Positions 26,058-32,000 of a stretch of 32,000 nt of DNA are shown here, piece by piece. The DNA is from Kiritimatiella glycovorans. GTDB lineage: Bacteria > Verrucomicrobiota > Kiritimatiellia > Kiritimatiellales > Kiritimatiellaceae. The position numbers were made by a program, and so were the translations under genes. How positions within the stretch are numbered: position 1 is the first letter of the stretch; each line of letters starts with the position of its first letter. The stretch lies in the NCBI RefSeq assembly GCF_001017655.1, contig NZ_CP010904.1:1290001-1322000 (forward strand). The letters are read 5' to 3'. The notes under the pieces were generated by a model. That model worked only from the letters and a program-made list of their open reading frames with translations, was not told where the DNA came from and did no database searches.

Positions 26058-27406
26058 GAGGCATGCACCCTGCCGGACGTATTCCAACCGTCCCGTTTCA
26101 GCGTTTCCGCCCAGTAGAGCGAACCTGTGATAACCACCACCCGGCGTGGGTCTGCGGCCGCCCACGCTTCCGCTTCCCGCGGCGCGTGATGGGTGTCCGA
26201 TGCCCGGATCTCCAGGCCCCCGCTTCGCCCCAGCGACTCAATCTCGCCGGCGGTCATCGAGGGGCGGTCCGCCGGCAGATGAACCGACCAGCAGCGCGCG
26301 GCCACGGGCCGGATCTCCCTGAGATAAGCCGCGGCATCCTTATCCTTCAGAAATCCGAGCACGAACCCCGCCTGCACTTTTTTCCCGTAGAGTTCGCGCA
26401 GCGATATCGCCAGCGCCCGCGCCGCGCCCGGATTGTGCGCCCCGTCGAGCAGGACCGCCGGCGGACCCTCCTTCAGGCACTGCAGCCTGGAGGGCCACTT
26501 CGTCTGCGCCAGCCCGCCGGGGATATCCAGTTCCATCCCGAGCAGCTCCTCCGCGGTCTCCAGGGCGGCCACCGCCGTCGCGGCGTTCTCCCGCTGACAC
26601 GCGCCACGGAGCGGCAGTACGAAGGGCGCATAATTGCGGTTGCTCGTCGTCATCCTGAGCTTCTGGCCTGCGGCGTCCCGGCTGAGCATTTGCACCTCCA
26701 CCGTCCCGGCCGCCTCACGCAGCGGAGCGCCCTGTTCGTCCGCCGTCCGGCGGACGACCTCGAGCGCCTCCGGGGGCATTGCGCCGCAGACCACCGGACG
26801 TCCCGGCTTGATGATCCCCGCTTTTTCCCCGGCAATCTGCTCGAGGGTATCTCCCAGAAATTCCGTATGTTCCAGGTCGATACGCGTAATGACCGACAGG
26901 AGCGGATGGACGACATTGGTCGCGTCCCAGCGTCCGCCCATGCCCGTCTCGATGACCGGCAGCGTCCCGCCCGCCTCCCGGAACCACCCGAACGCCAGCG
27001 CCGTCGTCAGTTCGAAAAAGGTCGGCGGGCGCACCGCTTCGAGTTCAAGCTCCAGCGCCAGCCTTTCAAGCTTTTCGATCCATCGATGGAGGTTGGAGGT
27101 AGAGATGTCGCGCCCCCCGACGCGAAATCGCTCGTTGAGACGCACCAGATGGGGCGACGTGTAGAGGGCGGCGGGCAGTCCGCTGCGGACCAGCGCGGAT
27201 TCGATCATCGCGCATACGGAGCCCTTTCCGTTGGAACCCGCGACGTGCACGGGAGCCAGGTCGAGGTGCGGGTTATCCAGGCGGTCGAGGACGAGACGCG
27301 TCACCTCGAGTCCCGGTCCGACGCCCCGCGAGGTCCGTTCGTACAACCGCTGCAGTGCCGGCTGTTCTTCGCCGTGCGATGATTCAGATCCGCGGGGTCG
27401 GTTCAC
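26054..27406 (-). CDS. folC: Bifunctional folylpolyglutamate synthase / dihydrofolate synthase
   Basis: GTG start at 27406 overlapping the accD stop (GTGA). P-loop VAGSNGKGSV and Mur-ligase-like middle and C-terminal domains. Confidence 0.88.
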   Translation of the reverse strand: MNRPRGSESSHGEEQPALQRLYERTSRGVGPGLEVTRLVLDRLDNPHLDLAPVHVAGSNGKGSVCAMIESALVRSGLPAALYTSPHLVRLNERFRVGGRDISTSNLHRWIEKLERLALELELEAVRPPTFFELTTALAFGWFREAGGTLPVIETGMGGRWDATNVVHPLLSVITRIDLEHTEFLGDTLEQIAGEKAGIIKPGRPVVCGAMPPEALEVVRRTADEQGAPLREAAGTVEVQMLSRDAAGQKLRMTTSNRNYAPFVLPLRGACQRENAATAVAALETAEELLGMELDIPGGLAQTKWPSRLQCLKEGPPAVLLDGAHNPGAARALAISLRELYGKKVQAGFVLGFLKDKDAAAYLREIRPVAARCWSVHLPADRPSMTAGEIESLGRSGGLEIRASDTHHAPREAEAWAAADPRRVVVITGSLYWAETLKRDGWNTSGRVHAS

Positions 27407-28245
27407 CGGTCGAAATAATCCAGGAGCTGGACGAGGGTTGACTTGAGTTCGGGGCGCGGGACCACGCGGTCGATCAGGCCGTGATCGAGGAGAAACTCCG
27501 CGCGCTGGAATCCCTCCGGAAGATCCTGCTGGGTGGTCTCCTTGATCACGCGGGGTCCCGCAAAGCCGATCAGGGCCTCCGGTTCCGCCAGGATCACGTC
27601 GCCGAGCGAGGCGAAACTCGCCATGACGCCGGCGGTGGTCGGATGCGTCAGCACGGGAATATAGGCCAGCCCCGCCTCGGCGTGCCGTTCCAGCGCGGCG
27701 CTGGTCTTGGCCATCTGCATGAGGCTGAGCATACCCTCGTACATCCTCGCGCCGCCGGAGGTACAGATCATGAGGATCGGTCGGCCCTGTTGCGTGGACC
27801 GCTCGAACATACGGGTGGCCTTCTCGCCGACCACGCTGCCCATGCTGGCGCCCAGGAACGCGAAGTCCATCACGCCCAGGCCCACCTCGTGATTGCCCAC
27901 GCGGGCTTCTCCGCAGGTCACGGCCTCCTGCTCCCCCGTCTTGGCGATGTTGGTTTCGAGCTTGTCCTCATACGAGGCCGTTCCGGTGAACTGGAGCGAA
28001 TCCACGGACGTCATACCGGCGTCGTATTCATGGAACGAATCCGGTTCGGCGAGCATGGAGATCCGTTCCCGACGGGGCATGCGGAAGTGATGGCCGCACT
28101 TGGGGCACACGTGCAGATTCTGCTCCACCTCCTGTTTGAAGATGATTTCCGCGCATCCCTTGCACTTCATCCAGAGCCCGCCGGGGATATCCTTTTTCCG
28201 GACCTGAACGGCCGTGTAGCTCTGTCGATTTTTGAACAGCGGCAT
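27403..28245 (-). CDS. accD: Acetyl-CoA carboxylase carboxyltransferase subunit beta
   Basis: Start set to the ATG at 28245 (GAGGAGA RBS). N-terminal zinc ribbon CKGC...CPKCGHH and carboxyltransferase domain (GGARMYEG). Confidence 0.92.
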   Translation of the reverse strand: MPLFKNRQSYTAVQVRKKDIPGGLWMKCKGCAEIIFKQEVEQNLHVCPKCGHHFRMPRRERISMLAEPDSFHEYDAGMTSVDSLQFTGTASYEDKLETNIAKTGEQEAVTCGEARVGNHEVGLGVMDFAFLGASMGSVVGEKATRMFERSTQQGRPILMICTSGGARMYEGMLSLMQMAKTSAALERHAEAGLAYIPVLTHPTTAGVMASFASLGDVILAEPEALIGFAGPRVIKETTQQDLPEGFQRAEFLLDHGLIDRVVPRPELKSTLVQLLDYFDR

Positions 28246-28258
28246 GATGTCTCCTCGT

Positions 28259-28996
28259 TCATCCCCGGGCCACCGTGGCCACGTCCACTTTCGACGCCCC
28301 GGCCAGTTTGAAAGCCCGCGCACACTCGCGGACCGTGGCCCCGGTCGTCATGGTGTCGTCGATCAGCAGTATGTGCGCGCCTGCGGACACGGCCCCCGGC
28401 GCGGCCCTGAAGGCACCGCGCATGTTAGATTCCCGCTGTGCGGCTGTCAAACGCGTTTGAGTTCCGGTGTCGCGCACGCGCTTCAGCATTCCCGGGCGGC
28501 ACGGCACACCGAGCCTGCGCGCCAGCTCACCCGCAATCAGCCCGGCCTGGTTGTAGGCGCGATCTCTCCGCCGCCTGCGGTGCAGGGGGACCGGAACGAC
28601 CGCATCCGGCGTGCCGGGCCGGAATTCCGCGCGAACCAGACCCTCGAGCATCAGCGCGAGGTCCGGAACGAGCCAGATCGCGTGGCGATACTTCAGCGCA
28701 ATCAGCATCTCTCGCGCCGGGCCGTCATACCGGACCGCGGAGCGGGCCCGGTCGAAAGCGGGGTCCGATGACGTACAGGCGTGGCAGAGGTACTCGTGAT
28801 CGATGCGCCCCGCCACCGGATCGCCGCACCGCGCGCAGAACGGCGGCGCGACGGGATGCATCCCGGACCAGCAGTCCCAGCAGAGATACCGCAGCGGTGC
28901 GGGGTCGCGCGCACCGCATGCGCAGCAGCGGCGGGGATAGACCAGATCGAGGGCCGGTGAAGCAAGGTGACGGGTCAGATGATGCGAAATACGCAT
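28259..28996 (-). CDS. ComF-family protein (amidophosphoribosyltransferase-like)
   Basis: N-terminal Cys pairs (CCACG...CWDCW...CARCG...CHAC) and the C-terminal PRPP-binding motif ILLIDDTMTTGAT. Confidence 0.8.
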   Translation of the reverse strand: MRISHHLTRHLASPALDLVYPRRCCACGARDPAPLRYLCWDCWSGMHPVAPPFCARCGDPVAGRIDHEYLCHACTSSDPAFDRARSAVRYDGPAREMLIALKYRHAIWLVPDLALMLEGLVRAEFRPGTPDAVVPVPLHRRRRRDRAYNQAGLIAGELARRLGVPCRPGMLKRVRDTGTQTRLTAAQRESNMRGAFRAAPGAVSAGAHILLIDDTMTTGATVRECARAFKLAGASKVDVATVARG

Positions 28997-29024
28997 GGAA
29001 TCTGTTGACTCTCAATCGTACTCG

Positions 29025-29201
29025 TACACAATTCGGTCCAGTGTCCAGCAGTTCTCATTATGGCCGCATTCCGACCGCGGACGGCGTGGCAGCCGTCCCT
29101 CCCGAGTCGATATCCGACGCATTTTCGGGCATTGGGAGGGTCGGGTGCCACCCCGACCGAAAAGGGTGAAGCCATAATGAGAATCGCTGTCCAATGTTGT
29201 G
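29025..29201. repeat. Large imperfect palindrome / structured intergenic element
   Basis: Perfect 13-bp inverted repeat TTCTCATTATGGC (29052-29064) / GCCATAATGAGAA (29171-29183), extended by imperfect pairing out to 29025 and 29201. Two mirrored internal hairpin modules are detailed in the findings. Confidence 0.6.
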
Positions 29202-29207
29202 CCCGTG

Positions 29208-29236
29208 TTGACACGCAGTACCGGATCAAGTATTGT
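29208..29236 (+). promoter_or_regulatory. Sigma70-type promoter for tRNA-Lys (TTGACA-N17-TATTGT)
   Basis: Perfect -35 at 29208-29213, 17-nt spacer, and -10 TATTGT at 29231-29236. The mature tRNA 5' end lies 17 nt downstream. Confidence 0.55.
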
Positions 29237-29252
29237 GTAGCGCTTTTTCGGG

Positions 29253-29325
29253 GGTCCGGTAGCTCAGTTGGTAGAGCATCTGACTTTTAATCAGAGGGTC
29301 CTGGGTTCGAGCCCCAGCCGGATCA
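29253..29325 (+). tRNA. tRNA-Lys (anticodon UUU)
   Basis: Hand-folded cloverleaf. Acceptor GGTCCGG/CCGGATC (one G-U pair); D arm GCTC-AGTTGGTA-GAGC; anticodon stem TCTGA/TCAGA with loop CTTTTAA; T arm CTGGG-TTCGAGC-CCCAG; discriminator A. CCA is not encoded. Confidence 0.93.
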
Positions 29326-29347
29326 CTTACTCTCCCCGGGGCTCAGG

Positions 29348-29785
29348 TTAAGCGCCGGTGCTTCCGAACCCGCCGTCTCCCCGCGTGGTATCCGAGAGGG
29401 CGTCGACCAGTTCGTAATGGATCGGTGAACTGTCGCAGGCCACAAGCTGGAACAGGCGCTGGCCCCGTTTCACCTCATAGGGCTCGCTTTTGATGTGATC
29501 GCAGAAGGCGATCAGTTCGCCGCGGTAGCCGCCGTCGATCAGGCCGATCGAGTTCGCCATACGCAGCGGCGTTTTGGAGATGCTCGAGCGCGGCATGAGG
29601 TAGTAGGCCCGTCCGTCCTCCGGTTCGCAGGCGATGCCCAAGTGGATCGGAAGGGTCTCGCCCGGCTGGAACACCCTGTCCTCAAGGACGTAGAGGTCGA
29701 GTCCGGCATCCCCGTCATGGAAGTGTCCGTGATCGGCATAAGCCTCGCGGGCATTTACGTTCAGCGGCAGAATCTTCAGTTTCAT
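29348..29785 (-). CDS. dut: dUTP diphosphatase
   Basis: Start set to the ATG at 29785 (MKLKIL...; the track ORF runs 432 nt further upstream). Motifs GDAGLDL, GLIDGGYRGE and the C-terminal RGDGGFGSTG. Confidence 0.9.
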   Translation of the reverse strand: MKLKILPLNVNAREAYADHGHFHDGDAGLDLYVLEDRVFQPGETLPIHLGIACEPEDGRAYYLMPRSSISKTPLRMANSIGLIDGGYRGELIAFCDHIKSEPYEVKRGQRLFQLVACDSSPIHYELVDALSDTTRGDGGFGSTGA

Positions 29786-29875
29786 CGGATCTCCTTGCGG
29801 CTGGAATCCCGCTTTATCGAGGCAGGGAGGTCCGGGGTCAATGGCGGAGCGAAAAAAAGAGGATAAAAGCGATAC

Positions 29876-29904
29876 TTGATCCGCAGCTGACGCCTCCCCA
29901 TAAT
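29876..29904 (+). promoter_or_regulatory. Candidate sigma70-type promoter (TTGATC-N17-CATAAT) for the orphan secreted protein gene
   Basis: TTGATC at 29876-29881 and CATAAT at 29899-29904. An AGGAG RBS lies 7 nt before the ATG at 29958. Confidence 0.45.
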
Positions 29905-29957
29905 GGGCGCTCGTGATTATTCGAATTGCAATGCGTGCCAGGTGAAAGGAGCGAAAC

Positions 29958-30542
29958 ATGAAAAGGTCAATGATTCTGCTCTTTGTGCTGCTGGGTGTGG
30001 CCAGGACCGCCCCGGCCGTCTCGCCCGATATTGAAGTGACGATCGAGGGCGTGAGGGTCTCCATTGAGAAAAACGATAATGACGCTCGTTTCTGGGATCT
30101 GAACTCCAAATACAGTTTCAAGACCGATCGCGACGTCGCCACGCGCCTGATCCGCAAACCGGTTATGGTCGTGCACGTGCTGGCCACGCGCAGGGACGGG
30201 ACTTTTGTATTTCTCACCTTTCATGCCGATCAGTTCAACAACTTTATCCCCTCGTCCTATGAAGCGGCCAGAAAGGCTTCCCGGGAGGCGGGGGTTTGTC
30301 TCGCCGGCAGTCTGGGCCACGTCGAAGTCGAATCACGACCGGTTAAGACCATGAGGATCCCTGATCACATCGGCCGGATCGTACTCCATCACGCCGAACT
30401 GCTGTTCGCGGGCCATCCGATCGCAACCCGGAAGTCGTATGAAGAGGAAAAACGCGCCGAACTGGGGCTTCCCGTTTACTGGTACGATCCGCGGGTGCGT
30501 TCGACAGAACTGAACGTGGACGACATCGAGCTGTTCGAGTAA
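29958..30542 (+). CDS. Hypothetical secreted protein (signal peptide; no family recognised)
   Basis: Good RBS and promoter. N-terminal signal peptide MKRSMILLFVLLGVARTAPAVS. Non-repetitive mixed-charge composition, unlike the GC-shadow ORFs. I recognise no motif. Confidence 0.6.
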   Translation: MKRSMILLFVLLGVARTAPAVSPDIEVTIEGVRVSIEKNDNDARFWDLNSKYSFKTDRDVATRLIRKPVMVVHVLATRRDGTFVFLTFHADQFNNFIPSSYEAARKASREAGVCLAGSLGHVEVESRPVKTMRIPDHIGRIVLHHAELLFAGHPIATRKSYEEEKRAELGLPVYWYDPRVRSTELNVDDIELFE

Positions 30543-30553
30543 GCCGGCCGGGC

Positions 30554-31618
30554 TCAGTGCCAGCTCATCACCAGTCGGGCGAAATACGAGATGTCCAGTT
30601 CGTCGGTATCGGGCGGCGCGCTGCTGTTATATTCATTGGCAATGCCCATCCGCAGCTTCCAGATTTCTGAATCCCCGAGCGGCGTCTCGACACTTGATTC
30701 GTGATCAATCCGGTAGTCGCCGAAGTTATCAATCGCCGGCGTATAGGTGACGTCGTTCACCAGGCTGAGCCAGTCGTTGATCTCTGAGCGGTGATGCAGA
30801 CCGAAGTCGACGCCGACGGTCTGTTCACTCACCTGATTTTCATACGATTCATGCCGCAGGAGCAGACCGGTACGTCCGCGCAGCTCGTGTTTCGGCCGGC
30901 GGACGAAATAGTACCCGTAGCCGGCCGCGGCCACGGTGGAGAGGTCGAGTTTTTCGACGTCGTCTCGTTCGAGCTCGAGCCGGGTGTACCATGAATGCCG
31001 TCTCGCGATGTCGCGCTCGTAATCCATGCTGCCTTTCATTTCGTCCACCGTCTCGTTCCCCTCGTCCTCGACCCTTTGGAAAGAAGCACGGAATTCGAGC
31101 CGGTCGTCGGGACGGCTGAGGGCCGCCTGCGCGCCCACCTCCGTGCCGAAACGATCCGAGTTTCCGCTCTTGCCGTTCAGATCCCCGTACAGTTCGTACT
31201 CCCATGTTCCGCGGTGCGCTTCGATGCGTCGTTGCAGTTGTTCGACCTCCGGACGGGTTCCGTCCACAGCCCATACGGCGGCGATCTTCTCGGACGTGAG
31301 ATCGAAGGTCCCCAGCGAGGTCTCGATCACGGTTTTGCCGTCTTCGGCCTTCAGCGTGCCGACCAGAGCATGACCGCTCTCCAGGGCCACTTTGCGCGCG
31401 TCGTCCGTGGCGACGGCGGCGACTTTCTCCATCGGCACCGACAATTCGCCGGCGAAGGAGGTGTCGATGATTACGGTCTCCTCTTCAACGCTCCTGATCT
31501 CGCCGACCAGTTTCGACCCGTCCTCGAGTTCGATCGAACCCGCCCGGGCGGATAAGCCCGACATCAGGCCGAGACTGCATACGGAGACGAACAGCATCGT
31601 TAATCGACGTTTTTTCAT
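30554..31618 (-). CDS. Outer-membrane protein, DUF481 (YdiY-like) C-terminal barrel with an N-terminal periplasmic repeat region
   Basis: GGGAGG RBS. Signal peptide MKKRRLTMLFVSVCSLGLMSGLSARA. Alternating amphipathic strands and a C-terminus ending in aromatic residues. The DUF481 assignment is from memory of the family pattern (GNS/GNT after the first strand, YxN..P near the end) and is not verified. Confidence 0.55.
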   Translation of the reverse strand: MKKRRLTMLFVSVCSLGLMSGLSARAGSIELEDGSKLVGEIRSVEEETVIIDTSFAGELSVPMEKVAAVATDDARKVALESGHALVGTLKAEDGKTVIETSLGTFDLTSEKIAAVWAVDGTRPEVEQLQRRIEAHRGTWEYELYGDLNGKSGNSDRFGTEVGAQAALSRPDDRLEFRASFQRVEDEGNETVDEMKGSMDYERDIARRHSWYTRLELERDDVEKLDLSTVAAAGYGYYFVRRPKHELRGRTGLLLRHESYENQVSEQTVGVDFGLHHRSEINDWLSLVNDVTYTPAIDNFGDYRIDHESSVETPLGDSEIWKLRMGIANEYNSSAPPDTDELDISYFARLVMSWH

Positions 31619-31691
31619 GAAACCTCCCGGTTCATCACCCGGTTACCGTACCGTGGCATCCTTATATCATCTGCCGCTGATGGAAAAAAGG

Positions 31692-31983
31692 GGAACTACT
31701 GGAATCCTGGCGGCTGCTGTAAAACAGAATCCCTGCCTTCACGCATGGGTTCGGCCTGCGTCTCTTGGGTAGGGCGCGATCTCCGGGTTCTTTTTAGATT
31801 TTTGTGGAACTACTGAAATCGTAGCGGCTGGATTAGAAATCCGCTCGCCTCACAACGTACGCGTACTCGGAGCGCCGAAGGCGCGAGTCCATCCCCCGAT
31901 TCAAGGAATTCGAGCATGAGAACCGCTTCGCTGAATACGAGTACGATATTTCGATATTCCCCCGGGTGTCCCGATGTGGAACT
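31692..31983. repeat. Dispersed direct repeats in the non-coding tail (GGAACTACTG[G/A]AATC at 31692 and 31806; GTGGAACT again at 31976)
   Basis: 14 of 15 nt are identical between 31692-31706 and 31806-31820, with weaker similarity continuing about 30 nt. GTGGAACT is shared by 31804-31811 and 31976-31983. Confidence 0.5.
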
Positions 31984-32000
31984 CAGGCGAATAACCCACC

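Noticed and set aside
28997-29252. Assigning the palindromic element to a known RNA class: 6S RNA, SRP RNA, or a THF or other riboswitch for the folC-containing operon.
   Set aside because: The interior folds into three local hairpins rather than the 6S rod with a central bubble. No SRP domain-IV motif or riboswitch core that I recognise is present. A 13-bp perfect closing helix is atypical for riboswitch P1 stems. It is left unclassified.
29326-29347. The CCCCGGGG palindrome between tRNA-Lys and dut as a bidirectional terminator.
   Set aside because: The 4+4 palindrome has no loop and no flanking U-run on either strand, which is too weak to call.
29253-31618. A genomic island integrated at tRNA-Lys.
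   Set aside because: There is no integrase or other mobility gene, and no direct repeat of the tRNA 3' end downstream; only a 7-nt GGGTTCG match at 31747. dut is a core gene. The composition shift is noted as a finding, but an island cannot be supported.
31690-32000. A CRISPR array or leader, or a tmRNA gene (the GGGGAACTACTGGAATCC start superficially resembles a tmRNA 5' end).
   Set aside because: Repeat spacing is irregular (114 and 170 nt) and the repeats diverge after about 15 nt, unlike CRISPR. The conserved tmRNA GGAUUCGACGGG motif, tag reading frame and tRNA-like 3' end are all absent.

Overview
High-GC bacterial chromosomal segment, densely packed with mostly housekeeping genes. A 51-aa small-basic-protein ORF and the general protein flavour suggest the PVC superphylum (Verrucomicrobia/Lentisphaerae/Kiritimatiellae-like), but this is only a guess. 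Gene order: NfnAB-type oxidoreductase pair and pgl (+); queF (+) convergent with gph-queE-queC-queD (-). A cobalamin riboswitch then leads a roughly 7.3-kb (+) unit of a BtuB-like TonB-dependent receptor (split by a 1-nt frameshift), exbB-exbD-tonB, btuF/D/C-like ABC importer and cobO. Next come ptsP (-), a PreP-like M16 peptidase (+), and a long (-) array: comF-accD-folC-murG-murC-hydrolase-uvrB-nitroreductase-small basic protein-rluB. It ends with tRNA-Lys(UUU) (+), dut (-), an orphan secreted protein (+), a DUF481-like outer-membrane protein (-) and about 380 bp of repeat-bearing non-coding DNA. I see no transposase, integrase, CRISPR array, toxin-antitoxin pair or recognisable defence system, and I cannot honestly point to a clear novel multi-gene system. 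The unusual items are the frameshifted receptor inside an otherwise intact B12 module, a short-form cobalamin riboswitch, hairpin repeat clusters, and a roughly 175-bp imperfect palindrome next to the tRNA. Others are a polypurine tandem-repeat tract, an untracked small ORF and a visibly more AT-rich tail after the tRNA. Many long ORFs in the track are antisense shadows typical of high-GC DNA, and many track starts are too far upstream. I re-set starts where stop/start overlaps (ATGA/GTGA/TTGA) or family N-termini made this clear.
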